From the NCBI GenBank assembly GCA_026023565.1, contig JAPETS010000076.1, positions 1-52,310 on the forward strand: a stretch of 52,310 bases of DNA, written 5' to 3'. Under the pieces are notes generated by a model that worked only from the letters and a program-made list of their open reading frames with translations, was not told the DNA's origin and made no database searches. The translations under genes were made by a program, and so were the position numbers. This DNA is from Cirrosporium novae-zelandiae (lineage: Eukaryota). Positions 1 to 11,114 of the stretch are shown one piece after another; the stretch's first letter is position 1, and each line of letters starts with the position of its first letter.

Positions 1-1173
1 TACCCCCCCCCCCCCCCCCCAGCCCGAGGCCCAAAAAGAACTACCCATATGACGGACTGACGAGGCTTTCAATTCATGTTCATTTGTATAACAGTATAAC
101 AGTATAACATAACAAGTAAAACGTGCTTTACTGGCCTGACTGGCCGGCCTACCTAGACCTAGGGAGTTGAAATGTTGAAATATTGCTCACAATACACAAT
201 CCTACAGTAATAGAGTAGTAATAGAGTAGTAGAAGGATTCATTCATCCATCCATTCCTCTTTGTACATGTACGATACTGATGCTACAATTCCAATTCTGA
301 AAATAAAAAATCCCTTCTCTCTCATAATCTCGTATTTGATATATGGTAGTAACGAGATTAGTACAGTAGGTAAAATTCATCTCTTGAGAAACCATAAGCC
401 ATGTTGCAAAGGGATCAATCCATAGACCAATGGGACCTGGCCTCCACCCGTTTATTGACCTCTCAAGTGGCAAAAAAAAGTACTATGCTGTACATGTACA
501 TGTACAACAACAACAACATAATAACATGACCATAACCATAACCATGGGACAGTCAAGTTCAGACTCAGCAATATCTCGCGCGAGAACCCACCCGCACAAA
601 CGCTAAGGTTTTTCGTACTTCCATATTTCCATATTTTCTTTTTTCTATTTTTTTTTTTATTTTTTTACTTCTGTTCCTTGCAGGAAGGAAGAGGGAAAAA
701 AAAAAAAGCTTCGAGTGAGGAGGGTTCAAAAAAGCCCACCATTCGAAAAAAAAAAATTTTATTTTCCGATGGAAAATGATCTACATTGCGTCCGTGCCGC
801 TGCAGAATGACTGCAGAATGACTGCAGGTGATGGATCATCATCATCGTTCCGAGGTTAGGGAATCTCTTTTCATCATTCATTTTTATTCTCCTTAGTTAG
901 GTCATGGTTCTTTTTGTACCTACCTACCTACCTACCTTTGCATGTAGCTAAAAATCCCCCTCCCCCCTGGAATCCTGGAATTTCAGTAATCTTTTTATTT
1001 TATTTTGTCATTTATTAATTCATTAAACCCTCCTCTCTCACTGCTAATTTTTCCTCTTCTTTCATCATTTCATCATCATCATCATCAACCCCCATTCACA
1101 CCCATACCTACCTTATCACAAATTCTTCCAAATCCCTCATTTTTTTTATTAAAAATATATATATACCCCTCTC

Positions 1174-1180
1174 AAAAAAA
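1174..1180 (-). terminator. RNA polymerase III terminator (T7 run) of the 5S gene
   Basis: A7 on the plus strand directly at the 5S 3' end. Confidence 0.85.
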
Positions 1181-1298
1181 CATACAACAATCAGTATTCG
1201 CTGGTCGTCACCGACCCAACTACTAACTGATCGGTCTGAGGTTTGTGTCTGGCAGAGCGGACGGGATGCCCAGTTCTCCTCAGCCTGTGGTCGTATGT
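1180..1298 (-). rRNA. 5S rRNA gene (dispersed copy, divergent type)
   Basis: Minus strand reads ACATACGACCACAGGCTGAGGAGAACTGGGCATCCCGTCCGCTCTGCCAG...TTAGTAGTTGGGTCGGTGACGACCAGCGAATACTGATTGTTGTATGT (119 nt). It has the Pezizomycotina 5S termini (ACATACGACC...TGTTGTATG), loop C CCCGTCCGCTC and loop E motifs. All helices can pair, and TATATAA lies about 30 nt upstream (1328-1334). Confidence 0.97.
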
Positions 1299-1663
1299 TG
1301 ATGGAATGTTGTCTTGAAAGGTATTTATTATATACATGCTGTGCTGTCTGTCAGTATAGTTGGATAAAATGGGTAGAAGAATGTGTGCGCGCATCGCGGC
1401 TAACTATCAGCTTGAATCAACAAAGTGGTTAAACCAGATGTGACAATAACCAATCTTTCTTTTTCAGTTATTGTACTAAAAACTTCAGGCGAAATAAAAC
1501 TAGAAGATAAGAATCAAGTGGGAGTCCAAAGATCTTTTTTATCATTATTGGTACAGTACTTGACTATCTTACTTCCATAATAACCATCAAAAGAATTTGT
1601 GTGCGATTAATTAAAAGCTAGAACCATTCGAATCAATACCATGTTTCCTAACTTCCATATTTC

Positions 1664-2329
1664 TTAAAGGGCAAGGGCCAATCCCAAAATACCGACCGCA
1701 CCAGCGAAACTAGCAGCCATCACCTTGGTTGGAGCAGCACCGCTGTCGGAGGTTGCAGAAGCGGATCCATCAGAGGCGGCAGAGGCAACAAGGGAAGAAG
1801 CAGCAGAAGCAGCAGACGCAAGAACTGAACCAGCTGCCGAAGTCAACGACGCAACATTGGATCCAGCTGCAGAGATATCGCTCGTAGCGGCAGCTTCCAA
1901 CTCGGTAGCATAACTCTCAAGATATGACTTTACGTTGGTGGGAAGAGCGGCGACCCAGGATGGGGTAGATCCAGCTTCGATTTCGGAAGCCCAGGATGAA
2001 GCATAGGCGGCATTGTTCTCGAGTTCGGAAAGAAGGCTACTTGGTACGGCGGTCTCGAGGACGGAGAGAATAGATTCGTCGGGGAGAAGGGCGCTGTACT
2101 CGGCTTCGAGAGACGCCTCAATGCTGGATAGGGCAGCACCGGCCGTTGGGATAGAAGTGACTCCAACAAGAGCAGCGCTGCGGTTGGTTGATTAGTTTAC
2201 GAAAACGATATGGGTATTTTGGTTTGCTTACAGCGAGGAGAGCTCAGAATCTTCACGCTTAACTTCTTGCTCGGGAGTGGCGAGGACCATAGCCGAAAGG
2301 CTCAATGCGACGAATGTTTTGGCATACAT
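1664..2329 (-). CDS. Secreted Ser/Ala-rich, probably GPI-anchored cell wall protein (2 exons)
   Basis: ATG at 2329 gives signal peptide MYAKTFVALSLSAMVLA. Intron 2231-2178 (GTAAGC...CTAAT...CAG). Central PSWVAALPTNVKSYL motif, Ser/Ala-rich stalk, and C-terminal SGAAP...FAGAVGILGLALAL GPI-type signal. Confidence 0.85.
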
Positions 2330-5300
2330 GATGAGGATAAGTGATGATAGGTAATTGTGTATTGTTTATATCACAGTGGTCAACACAGGTATGAAGGTAA
2401 TGTTGTGATTGTTGTTATTTTCTTCCGTAGGTCCACAGGGAATAAATAGTTCTGGTCAACAGCAAAGAAGGGGTGATAGAAGAACGGTGAAAAGCAAAAA
2501 TAGTGGAGGAGGGGAGTAGGATATATAACAGGAGTAGCTGAGGATTATAGTGCCTGGACATTAAGGCATTAAGGTTTCAAACAACTGAGAGGATTCCAAG
2601 TTGGAAATTGGCTTTGTCCAGGGGTGCCAAAATGGTACCTTGGAATAGTTTTTAGTTACCAGTAGTACAGGACTAAAAGGAAAAGCTTCAATCATCGTCA
2701 TTCGTTGGTCAAACACCTTTTTTGCCCTTTCGTTTCGGGCTTCTTTTTTTTTTTGTTTTCCGTTTCCAACGAGGGTATTGTAGTACAGAATGTACAGAGT
2801 CGAACTCAACACAACCCTCCGTTTGCAGTTCAGCTCGGTTTCGGTTTCAGCTCGTATTCGCATTATCTACAATGATTTCTTTCAACACTTTCAACTGGCA
2901 TTTCCAAGCAGGCATCAGGACACTTTGCAGGACACTTTGAAAATAAAAAGGCAATTGCTCTACTTATCTGGTCTTGGTGCCTGGAAGATGTGGGGAAATT
3001 AAGAAATTAAGATGTTTAAGTGATTTAGGTGCTGTCAAAGTACCGTATAGCGTTGTATTAGTTACCTCGTTACTGTATTAGTACACTTTACCTTAACATG
3101 TGGCGTTGATCATTCCACTTTAAATGGTTCGCTAACATTGCTTTAATTAAGCTTCACCCCAGGGGAAATTCATTGCAAATAATCAAATCCTTCAGATTCC
3201 CCAATTCCGGCACCTCAGCTGGTTTTTCTAGAAAATTGGTGAGGCGCATTAAGAGTGACATGGCATGGTTGTTTTCATCCGCTGGCTAGTCTATCTAGTC
3301 TCCAAACGTTGAAGCCTATTTATGACATGGTATTGGTAAAAGCATAAAATACATAATTAACTTGGCCGATATAAATGGCTTTTTTTTTCTTGTCCTTCGT
3401 CCTTCTCTCTCTCTGCGCCTCAATAGCCACATCATTATTCTCGCCATCTTATGTATCCCATTAGGCTGACCGACCCACTAACACTTTCAAAGTAACATGT
3501 ATAAAATTCGGTTGCCTGGAGAGCTGCAGTTTTATATCCACAATTCAATGTCCATCATAGCCTCGAAGGCGACATGCGGACAATAAGATGAATAATCATC
3601 ATATATCCACAATTCGAACTCATGACCAAGAAAGAAAGAATATAGTACTGGTGATGATGAGCTGGCAATCAGGCAGACAGACCTCAACAGATATAGACCT
3701 TGAGCGTTTTCCCTTATTAGTCGAGAGAATGATGAGATGATGAGATTAGTTGTTAGTTTTGTAATCTCGGGTGGCGTCCATCTTTTATTTCCAAACATCT
3801 GAGCGAGTAACCGGTTCCTAAACATACCGTTATCTATACCGTCTACACCGTCCACACACAACCCACATTTTCATTGTTAGCGGTAATACTCGAGTAAGCT
3901 TCCCAGTTACCAAGTACCAAGTACCAAGTAATTAAGGTACCGGAGTATTCAAGTAGTAGAGTTCAGGGGAAAAAAAAAACGGCGGGATACACACGCAACG
4001 CCTAAATAAAATAAAATAACCATTCTCAGTTTTCTACTATAGAAGAGTTGAAAAAAAAAAACAATAAAACTTCGAAAAATCGATTTTTTTTTGCAGCCCA
4101 TTTCTAAACAGACCTTTTAATGCCCCAATTTTTAAGCCTTAATTTGGGGCGTATAGCCACACCCCAAATTCGATTATAGAACCTACCTCTTATAATACCA
4201 CTTCGGTGATATTCCCTTTCAGCCACGCCGGTTATCGATGTCGACAAAATATATATTACAGTACAATCTACTATATAAATATTTTTTATATTATTGTACG
4301 GCTCGTACTACATGAAGTGGTCAGATATCGCCGTTTGGTGAATCTGTTATCGTACAGTAGTCTAATTCCTGGTTTTTAGTTCCTAGGTTCCTAGGTTTCT
4401 AGTTTTTAATTTTCAACTACGCACACTATTTCTATCCGTTAGGATTATCAGTCCACTGCGGAGCTATATGTCACAAAGGGTGGAGAGAGGACAAAGAACA
4501 GGCTCTGGGTACGAGGACCGCATGCGGAAAGCATAAGGCTGTGGCGTGGCGTGGATAGAATTGAGGGGGGAACGCGTTATAGATAAATAAATTGGAAAGC
4601 TCATGTAGAGCAAAAGGGGAAAGCTGAGGGAAGGTCAGCTTTCAGTCTTGTATTATACTGATATAACTACCATTGCTATACTATTACTACTATACGTGCA
4701 AGCAACGCACTCGTACCGCTACCTACGCTATCGTAGCCCAATCCTTGACAGGGTCGAAATTAACGGAGATAAATGGTATATAGTAATTATTTAATAGATA
4801 TATATCTGTGCCTCCGAACTTCTAAGCCCCGACGCAATAGCAGAAATATCGATTTTAGAATACTGGTACACTAGGAATACTTTAGTTTTTTTTATATATA
4901 ATCCAGTCCAGCTATAATCTAGGTTATAGCTCGTTAGGACCTTCAAGTCTATTAATTAATTCGGGTTACAACCAATCCCCGTATTAGCACGCTTGATAAA
5001 GAGCAGCTCTTAAAGGTATGAATGAATCAATCAATCAATCAATTAATCTATCTATCTATCTTCTCAACTAGCTTCCAATATCGCACGTTTGTAGGGGGGC
5101 AATGCTGAAAGGTTTATTAGTCCAATGATAAGATCTTGAGGCTCAATATTATTCATCAAAGAACTTGATGCCTAACTCTGCCTGAAAATGGTTATCAGAC
5201 CTATTATAATCCTTACATGACACATGACACACCCCTACAAGCGTGCGACACTGGAAGCCAGGTTAGGAGATAGAAGAGTTGAAATAAAATGCTCAGATTG

Positions 5301-6093
5301 AACATTCCAGAGCCGGGCGAAAATTGGTGTACCATGTACAGGTAGATACAAGTACAAGTACAAGTACAAAGGACCCCCTATGATCATCTCATCTCTTCGC
5401 ATGCACGGATTTGGATTTGGATTCGGATTCGGATTTCCCTGGGACCTGTGGATCGTCGCTTTTTTTTTTAAAAAAAATCAACACTTGGGGTTGCTAATTA
5501 CTTAGTTAAATCAACCAACCAACCAACCAACCCCACCTTTAATTCTCCGGGATATACCCAGGACTAATTACTGCTGTTCTACTACTACTACTACTACTAC
5601 TAACTAACGTCCGAACATCTTTTCCAATTTACAATTTAATCCATTCATTAATTCATTTGGATTTTTTTCATTCATTCATTCATTCATTCTTCAAGAAATA
5701 TTGTAAAAGTCAAGGATCAAAAATTTACCCCTCCATAGATAAACGTCATCATACCTCATACCTGGGTCATACATACAAACCCCTTCCCTCCCATTCCCCC
5801 TCGGTTCGGTTCTCGCCGACAAAACATTGAGATGTTATTATTAATCATGGATAGATATGATATGATAGATAGATATATCTACCACCATGGGCGGGTTCAA
5901 AATCTCTTCGGGTTTCATGTTCTTTCCTGGGAAGTTGTTGCATAGTTTGAAAAGACAAAGGAAAAAGGCCTGTTTATATTCAATTAGCATATCAATTGCA
6001 TATCTATATGTGACGTATAGCTAGCCAATCCATTCCATTCCAGTGAATTGGGAAAAAAAGAAAAGAAAAGAAAAATATTTAATTCAATTCATC

Positions 6094-7559
6094 ATGTTTT
6101 CACGATCCATCAAAGCCACCACCACCACTACTACTACTTCCTCTCGATTTCCACTATCACTGTCACCATCACCATCACTACTATTACGACAACAACGAGT
6201 TCGAGCAATGTCGACTCTAAACACAAAATTCAAACTCAATACCGGTGCCGAGATCCCAGCGATCGGATTCGGCACGTGGCAAGATAGAGGCATGTGTTTG
6301 TTTGACAGTTGTAAAAAAAAAAAAAAAAAACTTGTAAAGTTTCAAGGGTGTGAGTGGCTAACAGATAAGCGTGAAAAAAAAAATAGATGCCCAGGAAAAT
6401 GCTGTGAGAGAAGCTTTGAAAGCTGGATATCGCCATATTGATACTGCTCGTGTGTAAGTTCATAACCAAAGTGATCCCTTCTTCTTCAATTGACGATGAT
6501 TATTCATTCTACTGTACTCACTTCTCGTCCCCCCCCCTCCACCCCCTAGGTACGGAACCGAAGCAGCAATTGGTAAAGCCATCAAAGAGAGCGGTATCTC
6601 TCGGGAACAAATTTTCATCACGACCAAGCTCTGGAATAATGCTCACCATCCTGATGATGTCGAAGCGGCTCTTGATGCCTCCCTGAAAGATCTGGGAACC
6701 GACTATGTAGACCTGTATCTTATGCATTGGCCTTCGGCGTTTGCGCGTGGGGAGTCTTTATTCCCAAAGGATAGCAACGGGAAGAACAAAATCGGGGATA
6801 CCGATTATGTTGATGTATGTCCATCCTTCCCCTCCCTTCCTCCTCCACCCCCAACCCACCACCCATAACAAACCACCCCCAAAATAACATCTCCCCCCCC
6901 CCTCACAAAAAACCCACAGACCTACAAAGCCATGGAAGCGCTCCAAAAAACCTCCAAAACACTCGCCATCGGCATCTCCAACTTTTCCAAATCCGAGATC
7001 ACCCGCCTGCTGCAAGAAACCTCTACCGTGCCCGCCGTCCACCAGCTGGAGCGCCACCCTTGGCTGCAGCAAGCCGAGTTCGTGGAATGGAACCAGAGTC
7101 ACGGGATCCACGTGTCGCAGTACTCGCCGTTTGGGAATCAGAATGAGATTTATGATAAAGGGAAGAATATGGGGAAGCTGATTGAGGACCCGGCGCTCGT
7201 GGAGATTGGGAGGAAGTATGGGAAGTCGGGGGCGCAGGTTGCGTTGGGTATGTTTTTTGTCCCTCGATCCCTTCCATGATGCCCCCCCACCCCCATCCTC
7301 TCACACCACCACCACCGTTAACCACCACTAACCACCCCCACCCCCCCAAAAACCAACAGCCTGGGCCATCTCCCACACTTGCAGCGCCCTCCCCAAATCC
7401 AAAACCCCCACCCGCATCCACGCGAACCTCCAAGGCGACTTCCAGCTCTCGACCGAAGACGTCCAGAAAATCGATTCCCTGGACAAGAAATTGCGGTTTA
7501 ATGATCCTTCCGAGAGCTTTGGCTGGCGGTTTTATGCTGATTTGGATGGGAAGAGGTGA
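6094..7559 (+). CDS. Aldo-keto reductase (GCY1/aldehyde reductase-like), 5 exons, two in-frame ATGs (6094, 6208)
   Basis: Spliced product contains IPAIGFGTWQ, GYRHIDTARVYGTE, FITTKLW, YVDLYLMHWP, IGISNF, QYSPFG and ALPKS. Catalytic D/Y/K/H are present. First intron 6290-6386 is GC-AG. Stop TGA at 7557-7559. Confidence 0.93.
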
Positions 7560-7996
7560 GTTGAATTGGGTGAGTTGGGTTAGTTGGGTGGGTGGGGTGA
7601 GTGAGTAAGAAGAGTTGGGGGTGGATGGATGGATGGATAGGGTTGAGCGAGCTTGTTCTTGGTATATGTCGTGTGTAGTATGTGGTATATGGGTGATTGC
7701 TAACGAAGCTTTTTTTCTTTTTTCTTTTCTTTTCATATCTTATAGGTGTGTAGAAGGTCGTTCACTACGTACAGTAACATCTTTATTGGAAATAACTGAT
7801 GGAGCTATACAATAAGACATACAATCGTTAATTTTACCTTCCATATATTATCATTATCGTAGCCTTCCAATAGCAACTCTTTCTACCCACCTGAACTCAA
7901 CCGAATCCCACAACTATCCTTCATGTAGCCCTAACCTCCACATCCCAAGAGCGACAATCATCGTTCTTTTTGCTCCCTTTTGGAGTAGTAGCTTTA

Positions 7997-10189
7997 TTAT
8001 TTCTCGGTTTTCTGAAAAAAATCACCACCCTTTGCATACCATAGCGGTGTTATACCAGAGATATTCACCGTATTCACGTCTGCCCCCCCCCCACATTCGA
8101 TCAGCAACTTCAATATTTCCAGACTCTTAAAAGTGATTGCGTAGTATAATAGTGTCTCGAGGGTCTCGATCCTTTGTATTGATTTTCGCCCCACTTTCGA
8201 GTAGTAGTTTCGTTATATCTGGCCGCCTAAGTATAACTGCATAGTATAGCGGTGTCCGACCCAAGTTATCCTTTGCATCCACATCTACTCCCCATTCGAT
8301 TAGCAGCTTCACTAATTCTCGATGCCCATACTGAGCTGCATAATGTAGTGGTGTACTCTTCTCTATTTCTTTTGCATTGACGTCGGCACCTTTTTCCAAT
8401 AGCAGCTTCACTATCTCGAGATTGCCCCACTCAACTGCTTCATGTAGTACTGTCAAGTCCTTTTCAGCTCTTGCTTTCATATCTGTTCCATTTTCGAAGT
8501 AGCAGCTTCAATTCTTCTAGATCATCGTTTCGAGCTGAGTCGAATAGTTTCCTGTTCGTAATCGCTACCGAGGGTTGCATTTCAGATTTTGACTGCGATG
8601 GAACAGGTAACTTGATTCCAGGGGGGGTTGGACTGCGGGATCTGAATAACGCTTTGTCACCTTGGTTGCGATTACGATGATTAGCATATGCGCTTCCATT
8701 CTATATGTCATATACCCTCTGAATGAGCTTACTAGAGATCTGTTCCATGGAAGCTAAAATAGTCATTAACGATTAGCTTCGCGCAGATAAACAGTTTTCT
8801 TTATATCATCTATTTACAGAAACGATTTTTGACAATGTCTGGGGCATCTCGCTCAAAGTCCTTTAAATTCTGTAGAGTACGTTTATATCCTGTATCATTC
8901 CTGTGGCTAAACTTGGCAATCATTGAATGATCATTATGGATCGGGAGTTTGATCTCATTTTGGTTTGGAAGCTAGAAAGCACTTCAGATTTGTTAAAAAT
9001 ACAGCTTATTGATTTCACGAAGTTAATCAGTGGCCGAAAAATTGTTTCTTTCTATGAAACACGGTGGACCAAGAAATTACAACAGGTAAGGTAGTATATA
9101 TTGATATTGTAGAAAACTATTAATATATCATAGAAAGAAGATGGATCTTGGGCTCGCACAGGATCGGCTATTATATCCCTCGACCCAAACAGTGCTATCT
9201 TGCAACTGCGTTAATAAAATATTTCGTGGATGGCCTTTTTCTAACATGCTCCTCATATCCTCGACGAAAAGGCCTTTATGTGACACGCCGAAGAAAATAA
9301 TTCTATATGTTGCTTTATACAAGGAACATAATGTTGGATGGTTATTCTTGTTTATCTGAGCAGCTTTCACCAGAGACTGTCCTGAAAATTAGAATACATT
9401 CAATAGTTTGAGGGGAAGTATAGCATACACGTGCCAGTATAATCCCACCAAAACTATGGGCAATAAAAAAAAGAGGTCTTTTTGTTGTCTATAAAATTAA
9501 TGTTGTTAGTTTATATTTAAAATTTAAAGAGTTAGAAGTTAACGACTTACTTCTTTAGTTGCCCGGACACTCTTGATATCTTCTAAGAATTGTCGAGTAT
9601 AATCTTCGACCATACTAATATCATAAGATAGCAAGTTGGAATCATAACCACATATCATGGTGCGACAATTAAGCAGATCTTTTGACAGAAAATCACGAAG
9701 CCACATGCGGTTCGTTTGTCCTTTCCATTTCCACGATCCATACGCATGGCCGCCTAGTCCGGTGATTGCGATAATGCTATAACACGTCGCGTTAGTTTAA
9801 TACAGACTTTGCTTAATGCTAACTTTCGAAAGAACCTACTCTGCTGAAATCGCTTTATTTGCTTGTTTGGCCTGATACAGTTGTGTAAACCCATAAAAAT
9901 GTGAACCAAAAGATACATCGTCCTCAGTATCTTTTATTTCAACCTGGCAGCCTTCTGGGGGGATGAAACTAGGCACACCGTTTTCAAAGTTAATTAACGC
10001 AACAGACATCTATCTATCGTCGTCTTCATCGCATGAAGGCACGATGGTGATTTTGTATTTGATAGTTTTCTTTTCCTCGTCTGAAAGATGCCCGTTCAAA
10101 AGCAATCGTATTATCTGGTCGGTATCTGCTGCATCACTTGTGGGTATTCCAGTAGCACGGTATACACGTAATTTGTTGGAACTGGGCAT
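7997..10189 (-). pseudogene. SesB-like alpha/beta-hydrolase fused to ankyrin repeats, disrupted
   Basis: Spliced exons give DIIAITGLGGHAYGSW...MWLRDFL...GYDS, RPLFFIAHSFGGIILA (nucleophile elbow), IIFFGVSHKG and NDHSMIAKF, then about 4-5 ankyrin repeats (TPLHYAAQYGHRELVKLLIEWGVDVDAKD). Lesions: in-frame TAG at 10010-10012, internal inversion 8972-9205, frameshifts near 8497 and 8170. Confidence 0.88.
8972..9205 (+). other. Inverted internal segment of the hydrolase-ankyrin gene (two exon parts plus one intron now on the plus strand)
   Basis: Plus strand reads LESTSDLLKIQLIDFTKLISGRKIVSFYETRWTKKLQQ, intron GTAAGG...TAG, then KEDGSWARTGSAIISLDPNSAILQ. This is the missing middle of the minus-strand hydrolase domain. 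Confidence 0.9.
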
Positions 10190-11114
10190 TGTGACCAGGT
10201 ATATCTTCGACGGCACATCGTTATGCGTTTCAAAATGGTTCCCTTCAAAAGAAGAATAGATGCTAAAGTGGATGAGCAAAGAAGCAACGAGACTGTCAGA
10301 AGCCACGAAGATTGAGCCTTTTAGCCTTGCGATATATTCAGCCATAGAGAGGGTGACAACGATCCTTTACTAATCTTAGCCACATACTTAGGGACGAAGC
10401 ATCAGCGTGCTATTTGACTGGGAGCACTTCTTCAAAGTACTTGATGAGGGCCAACTCATCAGATCCGTGGTCATTCATGGACGCCATTACGAAGTGAAGA
10501 TGCATAAGGAACTTAGAAATATTTCTTTCTCTAGTGATAATTAAAACCCTTAGATCAATCTATAGCAATTTGACTTTCAACAAAAGCATAATAAAACAAC
10601 TGAGATTTAGGGTCTTTGAGAAATTAAAGATGTCCAATGGCATCTAACTTGCACATCACTCCGCAAAGTCAATTTGTACTTCATTATCGGGGCTCGGACT
10701 TTATAGCCCTTGAGGATCGGTGACTTATTTCCCTACTCCCCCCTCCAAACAGCCAAGTTATCCATTAGCGAGAATTCAGTGACAAACAGGGTCGAAAAAA
10801 TTATTTGCCGGAATCCAATTGGAGATTTCCTTTCTAGTACAAAATTGTTGAGTCTTTCGGGATAGGTAGACGGTGAATTATTCAGGAGTGTAGGAGTAGT
10901 AGTTTTTTAAAAGATTAGATGTTTTCTTGGATGGCATGAATATGTGGTTCGGGGAGGGAGGGGTTGGGGGGTTGAGGAGGATGAAAGGGAAGGAGGATGA
11001 AGGAGACGGGTTGTAGAGTGTTCGTAGAATGTGTCCCATAGGATTTATAGCATAACATAATATCACTCCCAATCCCTTCAGCCCATATTGACCCAAAACA
11101 AACCAAATCAACCC

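Noticed and set aside
800..827. Short tandem duplications (CTGCAGAATGA x2.5, similar ones near 206-230 and 2916-2939) and many microsatellites
   Set aside because: Ordinary slippage repeats with no spacers. Not CRISPR-like.
1191..1394. 67-aa ORF on the minus strand
   Set aside because: It overlaps the 5S rRNA gene and is a chance translation of it.
4200..5000. TpA-rich stretch with an imperfect hairpin (GTACAAT...ATTGTAC, 4261-4299), possibly a RIP-degraded element
   Set aside because: No TIR, LTR or recognisable transposon peptide. The hairpin is short and AT-rich.
8978..9196. 6-bp inverted repeat AGCACT/AGTGCT as the true inversion breakpoints
   Set aside because: Flipping at these sites leaves SAF*LP with a stop, whereas breakpoints 8972/9205 restore SAILQLP without a stop.
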